DNA of 45,987 bases from Bacteroidia bacterium. GTDB lineage: Bacteria > Bacteroidota > Bacteroidia > NS11-12g > UBA955. The stretch spans positions 1-45,987 of the forward strand of contig JADYZD010000195.1 of assembly GCA_020853295.1 (NCBI GenBank). Direction: 5' to 3'. The position numbers and the translations under genes are program-made. Positions 8,779-19,000 of this stretch are shown here, one piece after another (positions within the stretch are counted from its first letter, which is position 1; the number at the start of each line of letters is the position of its first letter). The notes beneath the pieces are model-generated. The model had not been told where the DNA came from. It made no database searches and was given only the letters and a program-made list of their open reading frames with translations.

Positions 8779-9318
8779 ATGGAACAGAAAAGTTTGGTTG
8801 AAATTTTAAAAACCCCCATAAAAAAGGGCGAAAACGTATTTATTGCACCTGGTGCTGTTGTGATAGGAAATATAACATTGGGACATCAAGCATCCATTTG
8901 GTTCAATGCTGTTTTGCGCGGAGATACTGATGCTATTAAAATTGGGGATAGAACCAATATACAGGACAATGCTGTAATTCATGCCGATCCAGGGGATCCA
9001 TGCATCATTGGCAACGATTGCGTTATTGGTCATTCGGCCATTGTTCATGGTGCCAAATTGGGCCATCATGTACTTATTGGGATGCATGCTACCGTCTTGA
9101 ACAATGCAGTTATTGGAGAGTATTCTATCATTGGTGCCAACGCGCTAATACCACAAGGCACGGTAATTCCACCCTATTCTTTGGTTTTGGGGGTGCCTGC
9201 GAAGGTGGTAAAAACTCTCGGAGCAGAGGTAGAAGAAAAAATTCAGAACAATGTAAATGAATATGTGGTTAGGGCAAAATCATACATGGACGCCGGAATT
9301 GTGAATTCTAAGATTTGA
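8779..9318 (+). CDS. Gamma-carbonic-anhydrase-like / hexapeptide-repeat (LbH) protein
   Basis: NVFIAPGAVVIGNITLG..SIWFNAVLRGD...IGDRTNIQDNAVIH...IGHSAIVHG matches the YrdA/PaaY-type left-handed beta-helix. ATG at 8779. The upstream 86 codons of the track ORF are antisense to hutI. Confidence 0.8.
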   Translation: MEQKSLVEILKTPIKKGENVFIAPGAVVIGNITLGHQASIWFNAVLRGDTDAIKIGDRTNIQDNAVIHADPGDPCIIGNDCVIGHSAIVHGAKLGHHVLIGMHATVLNNAVIGEYSIIGANALIPQGTVIPPYSLVLGVPAKVVKTLGAEVEEKIQNNVNEYVVRAKSYMDAGIVNSKI

Positions 9319-9437
9319 AATTTTCAATTTAAAAATGCCTGCTAATTTTTCATCCCCCAGCCGGATGCCCATAGAAATTGATGCTCCCATTGTGAGGCAC
9401 TTCTCATAAGATTTCATTATAATTGCATCCCAACACC

Positions 9438-10397
9438 ATGGCGCGCAAAACCAAATATTTTTTCAACCCCAAAAGTTTGGAGTTTGAGAGGGTAAGAGAC
9501 AATGTAAAATACATTGTTTGGCGCTTCTTTGGTTTAACTTCCTTGGTGATCGTTTTGGGTTTACTCATGGCATTTATTTTTTCAAGGGTTTTTGCCTCTC
9601 CCAGAGAAAAATATTTGATGAATCAAAATAGGGACCTGCGCAGGGAAATTGCAGCTATAGACAGGGAGGTAGACGAGTTTGAAAAACAAATGACTGAATT
9701 AAAAGAACGGGATTTGAAAATTTACCGTGCCATGTATGAAGCAGACCCACCGAAACCAGTGGATTATCGTGGGGCCGATTATGCCGAATTATTGGCATTG
9801 CCAGAAGGCAAATTGATTCAACGCATTCGGTTAAAAGTGGATAGGCTTGCAAAAGATGCCAATGCGCAAACCAAATCATACACCACACTTACAAAACTGA
9901 TCCGCACCAAAGAAGAGGTTATCAATTCAATTCCGGCCATACAACCAGTTGCCAATAAAGAATTGAACCGCATGGCAAGCGGATATGGATACCGGTTAGA
10001 CCCCTTTTATCACACAGCATCTTTTCATGCTGGAATGGATTTTACCTGCGATATTGGAACAGAAGTGTATGCCACAGGAGATGGTGTGGTAATGAAGAGC
10101 ATGAATGATGGCTGGGGATATGGCAACCATGTAATTATTTCCCATGGCTTTGGTTATACCACTTTATATGGGCATTTAAGCAGAATAGCAGTGCGACCAG
10201 GGACCAGGGTGAAACGCGGGCAGGTAATTGGTTATGTGGGTTCAACCGGTCGCAGTACTGGGCCACATTTGCACTACGAAGTGCGGAAAAACGACAACCC
10301 ACTAAACCCAGCGTTCTTCTATCACAATGACTTAACAGACGAGCAATATCAAAGAATGCTAGAATTGAGCAAAAGAGAAACCAAGCGTTTTGACTAA
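9438..10397 (+). CDS. M23 family metallopeptidase with an N-terminal TM anchor and coiled coil
   Basis: FHAGMDF...GNHVIISHGFGYTTLYGHL...GSTGRSTGPHLHYEV (LytM/M23 motifs HxxxD and HxH). A TM helix and a coiled-coil segment lie upstream. Confidence 0.85.
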   Translation: MARKTKYFFNPKSLEFERVRDNVKYIVWRFFGLTSLVIVLGLLMAFIFSRVFASPREKYLMNQNRDLRREIAAIDREVDEFEKQMTELKERDLKIYRAMYEADPPKPVDYRGADYAELLALPEGKLIQRIRLKVDRLAKDANAQTKSYTTLTKLIRTKEEVINSIPAIQPVANKELNRMASGYGYRLDPFYHTASFHAGMDFTCDIGTEVYATGDGVVMKSMNDGWGYGNHVIISHGFGYTTLYGHLSRIAVRPGTRVKRGQVIGYVGSTGRSTGPHLHYEVRKNDNPLNPAFFYHNDLTDEQYQRMLELSKRETKRFD

Positions 10398-10738
10398 TGG
10401 AAAATTCCAACGAAATACCATCAACAAAAAAGTACTTTAAAATCGGTGAAGTAAGCACCATGCTGGATGTTGCGCCGAGCACATTGCGCTTTTGGGAAAA
10501 AGAATTTAAGCAGTTAAAGCCTATGAAAAGCAAAAAAGGCGACCGCATTTATTCTTTAAAAGATATTGATATTTTAAAAGAAATTAAATACCTTACTCAC
10601 GATAAGGGGATTAGAATAGCGAAGGCAAGTAGAAAGGTGAAAAAGCAGACAGAGGAAGCAAATCCCAATCAGGAGTTGATTAAAAAACTGCGAGATATGC
10701 GTACACTTTTGTTGGACTTCAAAGATTCTATTGATTGA
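10397..10738 (+). CDS. Minimal MerR-family transcriptional regulator (HTH plus a short coiled coil, no effector domain)
   Basis: YFKIGEVSTMLDVAPSTLRFWEKEF is the MerR HTH signature. 113 aa. The start overlaps the M23 stop (TAATG). Confidence 0.8.
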   Translation: MENSNEIPSTKKYFKIGEVSTMLDVAPSTLRFWEKEFKQLKPMKSKKGDRIYSLKDIDILKEIKYLTHDKGIRIAKASRKVKKQTEEANPNQELIKKLRDMRTLLLDFKDSID

Positions 10739-11520
10739 AATTAATTGTATTATTTTTTATACTTTCCATTGAGGCATCACTACTTGGACAGGTAGGCGCT
10801 AATTACATTGCAGCAGGTTCCAATCTGGCCAATTCAGATGCCGGAGAATGCTTGGCAAACAATCCATCTTCACTGCCAAAAAACAAATGGTCCGCGGGTA
10901 TTTGGGCAATCAATAAATACACCGGGGTGAATATGAACTATGGTGGTTTTTGTGTTGCCTTTTCATCAAAATTAGGAGCTGTGGGTATATCTTCCCGATA
11001 TGCTGGCACAGCCTATTTAAACAGAACCGCAATCGAACTCAATATTGGTAAAAAAATTAGCGATTATTTCTCTTTGGGATTTTCAGGCGGTTTGTTAAAA
11101 AACAATTTAATCCAGAATTACCCTCAAAAAACCATTCCCTTGGGAAGAGTAGGTTTTGAAGCGAAAATCAATTCTAAAATTATTGCATCAGCAGTAATAT
11201 GCAATCCTTGGGAGTTGAAAGAAAATTGGCACGAAACCGCCAATAGAACCGACATAGCTCTGCAATACTTCATGAATAAAAACACCAATGCTACTTTACT
11301 TTTTCGTACACAATTGAATATAGAAAATGTATATGGCATAGGATTTTCGCATAAAGTAGGAGACAAAATTCATTTCATAGGTTCCCTGCAAACAGGTTTT
11401 CAGCCTATTTCACTTGGCATTTCTTTTTTACAAAAAAACTTTCACTTCAATATTGCCTGCAACTACCACAACTACTTGGGTTTTTCTCCGGCATTCACAC
11501 TTGGATGGAATCATTTATGA
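10735..11520 (+). CDS. Small outer-membrane beta-barrel protein, PorV/PorQ-like N-terminal pattern (putative)
   Basis: Signal peptide, then GANYIAAGSNLANSDAGECLANNPSSL, which resembles the G..a.G.a..a..d.....NPA.l start of PorV/PorQ/FadL-like barrels. Alternating aromatic/polar strands run to the C-terminus. A TTG start overlaps the MerR stop, so the start is uncertain. Confidence 0.5.
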   Translation: MKLIVLFFILSIEASLLGQVGANYIAAGSNLANSDAGECLANNPSSLPKNKWSAGIWAINKYTGVNMNYGGFCVAFSSKLGAVGISSRYAGTAYLNRTAIELNIGKKISDYFSLGFSGGLLKNNLIQNYPQKTIPLGRVGFEAKINSKIIASAVICNPWELKENWHETANRTDIALQYFMNKNTNATLLFRTQLNIENVYGIGFSHKVGDKIHFIGSLQTGFQPISLGISFLQKNFHFNIACNYHNYLGFSPAFTLGWNHL

Positions 11521-13346
11521 GAAGTTGGTTTTGCACTTTTATTTTATTGTTTTCTCTCAATTTATCGGCACAAATACCTGAGGCAGTAAGGGATGTAGTA
11601 GAAAAATATTTAGAAACCATAGACACTGATGCAGATTTCACGCAAAGTCAAGAGGATTTGCAATTCTATTTAGACAAACCCATTTCAATAAATTATGCCA
11701 GTATTGATGACTTATTGAACTTTCCGCTACTCAATACCCAGCAGGCCATTGCAATCATCAACCACAGAAATAAATATGGACTTTTTTTGCATGTAAATGA
11801 ATTGCAAGTTTTGGGTTTTTCCAAGGAATTGATTACGGCAATCCAACCATTTATCAACGTAAATTTATCAGCCAATCAGCAATTTATTTCTTTCGTAAAT
11901 CATTTGAGTTTGGGTACTGTTCAAATGGTAAATACGAACAAATTAAAAACGGGGAGTGAAATGCCAGACTCCATGTTGGGCAATGGGTTTCAGCACAGTT
12001 TTCGCTACCGATATTCCTTACCCGGCATGTACTCGTTTGGTTTTTCTGCTGAAAAAGACCCTGGCGAAATGTACTGGAAAAAAGGACCAGATTTTTATAG
12101 TTTTCATGCAAATATTCAAAATATTGGGCATTTGAAAAATATGGTTTTGGGAGATTATTTGCTCAGTTTTGGTCAAGGTTTGGTTGTAGGTTCGGGAATT
12201 GGCATGGGCAAATCTGCAATGGTTATGAATATCAAGCGAAATGCACCCAACCTTAAACCCTATCGGGGAATGAACGAATTCTTGTTTTTTCGGGGTGCAG
12301 CTTCAACTTTTCAATTTGGCAAATTCGAATTCACGGCTGCCCTAGCAATGAACAAAATAGACACCCGCTTGGCTGGCGATACAGGAGCTTTGGTTGACCA
12401 ATTTAGTTCTATGGATTTAGATGGTTATCACAGAACAACAGATGAAATTATAAATAAAGGAAACAACACCAGAAATATGATTGGAACCTGGGCCCAGTAC
12501 AAAGGAAAAAGAGGGAATTGGGGCGGAGGATATAGCAACTTTTTCTATTCAAAACCAATTACTGCTTCAGGTGAACCCTATCGCATGTACAATCCAGTCG
12601 GTTCATCATTGTCATTTGTACAAGCTTTTCAGTCACATACCTTTGGCCGTTATCATGTATTTTCAGAATGGGCACAATGCTTAAGCAATAACAGCAGTGC
12701 CATTAATACAGGAGTACTTACCTCCCTAGGCAAGAACACTGAACTATCCTTCAATTACAGGTATTATCAACCCGGATTTTCAAGTCCATTTAGCACGGCA
12801 TTTGGCAACAATAGCCAAAATGAAAATGGGTGTTACATAGGAATGAAATTTCATTTAACATCAAAAATCAGTTTAAGCCACTACACCGATATTTGGCAAA
12901 ACCCTTGGCTTACCTATAGGCAATGGGCGCCTGCTAAAGGACATGACGCACTATTTCAGCTGGATATTATCCCCAAGAAGAATGCACAGCTCTATTTCAG
13001 GTTGCGCATGCAAAATAAACCGGCCAATTATTCAGGTTCAGAACCCATAAAATTGATTGATGAGCAGCAAATAACAAGTTTTAGATTGCACCTAAGCAGT
13101 CCATTGGGAAATGCATTACAAATTCAAATGAGGGCTGAAATAGCAAAAATGAACAACAATGCAGGAAGTGATTTTTCTTCTCTTGTTTACCTACAATTGG
13201 CAAAAACTTGGGGCAAATTTAAATTGAGCATCAGGCATACCACTTTCAACATACCCAATTACTACAACCGCATTTTTGCATTTGAAAACCAGCTCACTTA
13301 TGATTTTGGAACAGTGGCATTCTATGGCACTGGTATGGGCGCCTAA
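11517..13346 (+). CDS. Helix-hairpin-helix (ComEA-like) domain protein with a large predicted outer-membrane barrel; apparently truncated by an in-frame TAA
   Basis: Signal peptide MRSWFCTFILLFSLNLSAQ from an ATG in an ATGA overlap with the upstream gene. The ComEA-type HhH segment INYASIDDLLNFPLLNTQQAIAIINHRNKYGLFLHVNELQVLGFSKELITAIQPFI lies at about 11694-11856. The remainder is Gly/aromatic-rich and strand-like. The frame stays open for 44 codons beyond the TAA at 13344. Confidence 0.7.
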   Translation: MRSWFCTFILLFSLNLSAQIPEAVRDVVEKYLETIDTDADFTQSQEDLQFYLDKPISINYASIDDLLNFPLLNTQQAIAIINHRNKYGLFLHVNELQVLGFSKELITAIQPFINVNLSANQQFISFVNHLSLGTVQMVNTNKLKTGSEMPDSMLGNGFQHSFRYRYSLPGMYSFGFSAEKDPGEMYWKKGPDFYSFHANIQNIGHLKNMVLGDYLLSFGQGLVVGSGIGMGKSAMVMNIKRNAPNLKPYRGMNEFLFFRGAASTFQFGKFEFTAALAMNKIDTRLAGDTGALVDQFSSMDLDGYHRTTDEIINKGNNTRNMIGTWAQYKGKRGNWGGGYSNFFYSKPITASGEPYRMYNPVGSSLSFVQAFQSHTFGRYHVFSEWAQCLSNNSSAINTGVLTSLGKNTELSFNYRYYQPGFSSPFSTAFGNNSQNENGCYIGMKFHLTSKISLSHYTDIWQNPWLTYRQWAPAKGHDALFQLDIIPKKNAQLYFRLRMQNKPANYSGSEPIKLIDEQQITSFRLHLSSPLGNALQIQMRAEIAKMNNNAGSDFSSLVYLQLAKTWGKFKLSIRHTTFNIPNYYNRIFAFENQLTYDFGTVAFYGTGMGA

Positions 13347-13527
13347 ATCATATCTCAATATAAAATCAACCGCAACTGGAAAGTAGGATTGCGCGCAGCC
13401 AGCAGCAAATCATTGCCCCCAGATGGTTCAAATATGTCTACCAAAAACAGCCTATTTTTTCAAATTATTTACGAAAGATAAAATAAATAGTATTATCCCC
13501 CAAATGTTCAATAGCTTCGCAGGATAA

Positions 13528-14211
13528 ATGAACAACCCAATCTTAAAAACGGTGAGAAATTTCTTGCTACTTGTTATTCCCTTATTCATGGTTTCATGTT
13601 TCAGTATCACTGAAGAATATTCATTCAATAACGATGGTTCAGTAAAAGCATCTTATAAAATTGATTTAACTGAAATAATGAGCATGTGGAAAATGATGGC
13701 AAGTAGCGACTCCACTGGTTCTACTTTAAAGTCAATAGACAGCACATTTAATAATAAAGAATTGCTTGAAGAATTGAAATTAATTCCTGGAATTACCAAT
13801 GTTGAAAATAAAAGCGATACTGCAACTGGAATTGTATTGTATACCTATAATTTTAGCAATTTGGTGGCCTTGAATAAAGCAATAAAGTTAAACAAAGGAA
13901 GTGCCAGCTTGGGTCTTGAAACAGGAACAGCCGAAAATAAAAATGAATTTATTGCGGGCAAAAAAATGCTACAACGGTACTACAGCATGGCAAATATTAG
14001 CAACGAAGAAGATGAAAACACAGCAATGGTAGAAATGATGTATAAAGATGCAACCTACACTACCATTTACCATTTTGAAAAATCAATAAAAAAAGTAAAC
14101 AATTCAGATGCTACAATAAGTAAAGACCGAAAATCAGTGGTTTTGGAAGCCCCACTATTGGACCTGTTTAACGGAAAGAAAAACCTGAACTGTACTGTAA
14201 AAACAAAATAA
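13528..14211 (+). CDS. Hypothetical lipoprotein
   Basis: Signal peptide with the lipobox LFMVSC. I recognise no motif in the mature part. Confidence 0.6.
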   Translation: MNNPILKTVRNFLLLVIPLFMVSCFSITEEYSFNNDGSVKASYKIDLTEIMSMWKMMASSDSTGSTLKSIDSTFNNKELLEELKLIPGITNVENKSDTATGIVLYTYNFSNLVALNKAIKLNKGSASLGLETGTAENKNEFIAGKKMLQRYYSMANISNEEDENTAMVEMMYKDATYTTIYHFEKSIKKVNNSDATISKDRKSVVLEAPLLDLFNGKKNLNCTVKTK

Positions 14212-14239
14212 AGTTCTTTACTTACATATTTATCGACAA

Positions 14240-14977
14240 ATGACCGCCAAATTATCTGTAAATATCAACAAACTGGCAACCTTGCGCAATGCAAGAGGTG
14301 GAAACAATCCAGACATTATCCAATCGGCCATAGACATCCAAAATTATGGTGCTGAAGGCATAACAGTGCATCCTAGATCTGATGAAAGGCACATCAGATA
14401 TGCAGATGTGCGACTATTGAAAAATGTTGTTCGTACAGAGTTTAATATAGAAGGCTACCCCGATGAAAAATTCTTGCAATTGGTAGAAGAAGTGAGGCCA
14501 CATCAAGTAACGCTTGTTCCCGATGGCCCCGATGTACTTACCAGCAATAATGGCTGGGATACCTTAATCAACCGTTCTATGTTAACGGAAATTACCCAAA
14601 GGTTGCATGCCGCTGGGTGCAGGGTGAGCATATTTTTAAATCCAGAACCAAGCATGGTAGAAGGGGCAAAAGCATGCGGAGCAGATAGGATTGAGTTGTA
14701 TACCGAGACCTATGCTTCACAATTTAAACATGGGCCCGAAGCAGCATTGCATCGCTTTAAAAAAACAGCCGAAGAAGCAGTTGGCCTTGGAATAGGCATT
14801 AACGCTGGACACGATTTGGATATGGCCAATCTGAATTATTTTGCAAGAAATATTCCTTCCCTTTTAGAAGTGTCTATTGGGCATGCCCTTATTTGTGATG
14901 CTTTGTATTTTGGACTTCAGAATGCTGTACAAATGTATAAAGTGCGATTGCAAAGCAATTTTGGCGATCCTATGTAG
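14240..14977 (+). CDS. pdxJ: Pyridoxine 5'-phosphate synthase
   Basis: LSVNINKLATLRNARGG...ITVHPRSDERHI...NIEGYP...IELYTE...NAGHDL, a PdxJ TIM-barrel signature. 245 aa. Confidence 0.9.
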   Translation: MTAKLSVNINKLATLRNARGGNNPDIIQSAIDIQNYGAEGITVHPRSDERHIRYADVRLLKNVVRTEFNIEGYPDEKFLQLVEEVRPHQVTLVPDGPDVLTSNNGWDTLINRSMLTEITQRLHAAGCRVSIFLNPEPSMVEGAKACGADRIELYTETYASQFKHGPEAALHRFKKTAEEAVGLGIGINAGHDLDMANLNYFARNIPSLLEVSIGHALICDALYFGLQNAVQMYKVRLQSNFGDPM

Positions 14978-15045
14978 TAAAAGATAATGGGGTTGTAAAT
15001 TCAATTTGTTGAATTGAAAATCATCATTTTAATTGCAATTCATTT

Positions 15046-16008
15046 ATGAAAAGAATTGCGGCTTTATTATTAAGTTTTGTATTTGTATTTCAGTCCTTTG
15101 CCTGGGGATTTTTAGGGCACAAAACCATTAACAACAGGGCAGTATTTGCCTTGCCCGAGGATTTATTCCCATTTTATAAAATCCATATTGATTATGTAAC
15201 ACAGCACAGCACCGACCCTGATAGCAGGCGGTATTTATTTGAAGATGAGGGTTGCCGGCACTTTTTAGATTGCGATCATTATGAGTTTGCTGCGCCCCTA
15301 GACACAGTTCCACACAATTGGTTTAAGGCCGTAGAAAAATATACCGAAGATACACTGAATGCCCATGGAATAGTGCCTTGGTATAGCATGCTAATGTTGC
15401 GTAAATTAACAAAAGCATTTGAAAATAAGGACCTCATCAAAATATTAAAATACAGTGCAGATATTGGCCATTACATTGCCGATGCCCATGTTCCCCTGCA
15501 CAGCACATCCAACTATAACGGACAACACACTGGACAACATGGCATTCATGCTTTGTGGGAAAGCAGGCTGCCCCAGTTGTTTATTGACAGTTTTGATTTG
15601 CTCACAGGCACAGTGGCCTATGTGCAAGATCCCCAAGAGTTTATTTGGAATGCAGTGAGTGAAAGTTATGAGGCCGTGGATACCGTTTTATTCTTAGAAA
15701 AAAGAATAGGAATGTTACACGAAAACAATAAATTCAGTTATGAAATAATAGGCAACAATACTGTGCAAGTTTACAGTGCTGCCTTTTGTAATGATTACTA
15801 TAGAAGCATGGAAAACATGGTGGCCAGGCGCATGCAAAAAGCGGTGTATGCAGTAGCGGCATTCTGGTATACCGCTTGGGTAGATGCTGGGCAACCCGAT
15901 TTGAAAAATTTAAGTGCAGAAATCCCTCAGGATCCACTAGATGAAAAAGCCGAAAAGGCCAGAGAAAATGGAAAAATAAAAGGCCGTGAAGAACACGGAA
16001 AAGACTAA
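15046..16008 (+). CDS. Secreted zinc-dependent phospholipase C / S1-P1 nuclease superfamily protein
   Basis: Signal peptide followed directly by WGFLGHKTIN. His/Asp-rich metal-ligand segments are present (DPDSRRY, HYIADAHVPLHST, HALWES). Confidence 0.6.
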   Translation: MKRIAALLLSFVFVFQSFAWGFLGHKTINNRAVFALPEDLFPFYKIHIDYVTQHSTDPDSRRYLFEDEGCRHFLDCDHYEFAAPLDTVPHNWFKAVEKYTEDTLNAHGIVPWYSMLMLRKLTKAFENKDLIKILKYSADIGHYIADAHVPLHSTSNYNGQHTGQHGIHALWESRLPQLFIDSFDLLTGTVAYVQDPQEFIWNAVSESYEAVDTVLFLEKRIGMLHENNKFSYEIIGNNTVQVYSAAFCNDYYRSMENMVARRMQKAVYAVAAFWYTAWVDAGQPDLKNLSAEIPQDPLDEKAEKARENGKIKGREEHGKD

Positions 16009-16011
16009 TTT

Positions 16012-19000
16012 TTAGCGAATTAAATTGATGCTGCCATTTACCAATATGGGTTCATCTGCGCATTCTGGTTTGTACTTTACTTGATAGAAATAGGTTCCTG
16101 ATGGCAATACTGCCCCATCGTTCATAACCTTTCCATTCCATTCATAATTGGGATTTGTGCTGTAAAACAACCTTTCTCCCCACCTATTGAATATTTTAAT
16201 CTCAAATTCATCATACCCGTACAATGGAATTTTATAGGTGTCATTATATCCATCGGATTCGTTTGGTGTGAATACATTGGCAAAAAACACTGCCGATTGC
16301 ACTTTTACGGGTTTGCATGATTTTCCACCGCAACTTTTGCCTCCATTGACTCCCAAACAGATGTATTTTAAACCCGTATCTTTTCCAAAATCATAAAACA
16401 GATTTGTAGAATTCGACAGTAATTTTTCAGATGAATCCACGGGATTTAATAAGGTCCATGAAAACCCAGGGAGGTCAATACCACTCTTATTTTCAAGAAA
16501 CAATTCACTGCCCTTCGTTTTCCGACAATCCAATTCGAATTGAGGCTGTATTTCAACAATATTTACGGTTCTTACCATGGTATCAGAACACGGGGAAAAA
16601 TTGGTACTTAAAACAGGTTTTAATACCACTTTATATTTACCCGATTTGGAAAATAAATATTTAAAAGTGTCCGCATTTCTAGTTTGGGTATCTCCATTTC
16701 CCATTGACCAAAAATATTTTGTACTCTTATTGTCCGAGATATTTCCAAATTCAACAGTGTCGCCCAAACACACAGTTTCAGGGGAATTAAACATGGTTTT
16801 TACCGTTTCAAAAACAGTAACCCTAAGTTGTTTTTGTCCAGGTGCCGGGTACCTTACTGAGCAATAATACTTATTTCCGGTAGTAGGATTATAAAAGCTA
16901 TCTCCACCAATAATATGGACATAATAAACACCAGGATTTTTATAGGTAAATTGTGTATTGGTATCTTTTTCTGTTGAATAAATGGTATTATTTTGATCTC
17001 CAAATTCCCAAATAAATTTCTTAGTTTGCTTGCTTAAATTTCCAAATTGCACCTTCAAAGGTGCACAGCCCATAGAATCGGAAACAATGGCAGCTTTTAC
17101 ATCTGGACCTAAAACTATAAAATCCTTGTACACACTATCGGTACAGCCTGTTGTAGTAGTAACCTTTAGCAGCGCCCTATAAACACCACCACCTGAAAAA
17201 ATATGGGCAGGATTTCGCACAAAAACTGGAGAACTGCCATCACCAAAATTCCACCTCCATTGGTTAATAATTTGTCCATTATTGGGTGAAGTCATAAAAG
17301 ATGAATCAAAATACTGCCTGATTTCACTGCAATAAATGGTGGGTTGGTATTTAATTTCCGCAATAGGTTTGGCCAGAATAACCGTATCTAAGTTGGTGCT
17401 TTTGCAGCCAGATTTACTTATAGAGGTCATTTTTACTATAAAAATTCCTGCGGTAGCATATTTATGACATTTTTGGAATCCAGTATCTTTATTTCCATCA
17501 CCATAATCCCAATAAATGTTGCCAAATCCATTAGTACTGCTCCACCTTTGTTGGGTATTGATATCTACAACGGAATCAGAAAAACACACATTTGCGCCAA
17601 CGCAAGTTGCCGAATGCCTTAAACCCGCATGATGCGAAAAAGCAATGGTACCTTGGAATTCATTACCACAACCTGTTTTGGTTTTAATAATAACTTTTAC
17701 CCTATATAAACCACCCGATTTATATTCATGTAAATAGTCTTTTAAATACACAATGGTATCGGTAAAATTCTTGTATACAATAGTAGTATCGCCCCATTCA
17801 ATAGTAAGGGTTTGGGGGAAATACAATGCAGAATCGATAAATTTTAAATTGGCTATGTATGGATTACACAAGCTTTTTTTGGTGAGGATAAAATTGGCTT
17901 TTGCCCTTCTCAAAACTTCCAATTTATGAATAAAAGTATCGGCAACCCAGCCCACAGGTGGCCGAATAAAATCAACCACTACTTTATTGTTCACCACTTT
18001 CCATACAGTATCTTCATCATAGTACCTCCATAAAATGGGGGACTTTAATCCAATGGATTTGTACAAATAAACTCCTGAACCCGAATAGAGAATAACTGTA
18101 TCTGCATTTTTTGATGTATCTGCAATATAGAATGCCTTATCTCGTACTTTCTGGTAGATATTACCCGGAATAGAAAAATTCACATAATCTCCCAAACAAA
18201 CCTTTGGAGTTATAAATATTTCTGGGCAAGCATTTCTTCTATAAATTGGAATTAAAGAATCATCCCAGCAACCTGTAGAAGAATCTGTAATAATAAGGCG
18301 GGGTGCAAAACAATCTGAATCTTTATAATAATGCTTGGCGATGCTATCTCTACTAAAATTACAATTTTTTCCAACATTAATGTTCTTCGCGGTCCATGTG
18401 GTACAGCGTGCTGCATGCTTGTCTCCAAAGTCCCATAATCGTGACAATCCTGCACCCAATTTCCCTTTGGTATAATCAACCAAAATAACAGTATCATGAA
18501 CCTTTCTCCGGTTGCCATTATAAACCCTTCCTACAGCCCTAACACCTTCCAAAATAAATGAATCCAAATACACACCTTTACAGCCATTTATTCTTTCAGC
18601 TTTAATATAATTCTTTCCCAATTTAGCCTCATAAATAACCAGTCCCCTATCTACATATTCTGGAGATCCATTTAAATACCACTGTACTTCTTCATTTGCG
18701 TAAAATGTAAGTGCGCCAGTTTGAATCTCATTGAGGCAAAGTATATTTCTTAATTTATTCACCCGAAATTTTTCCATGCTGGATAAATAATTTACGGTTA
18801 CACTATCCTTGCAACCATATTCATTTTTACTTACCAGCTTATATATTACTCTTTCACCAGGCGCCAGCATTTTACACCAATCCAATGGCAAAGAAGACTT
18901 TACATTTCCAGGCATTTTATACCAAGAATTATTGATGTTTTTGCCACCTACCACTTTGCTTTTCAAACACAACTGCATAGAATCGCAGAATTGATAATCC

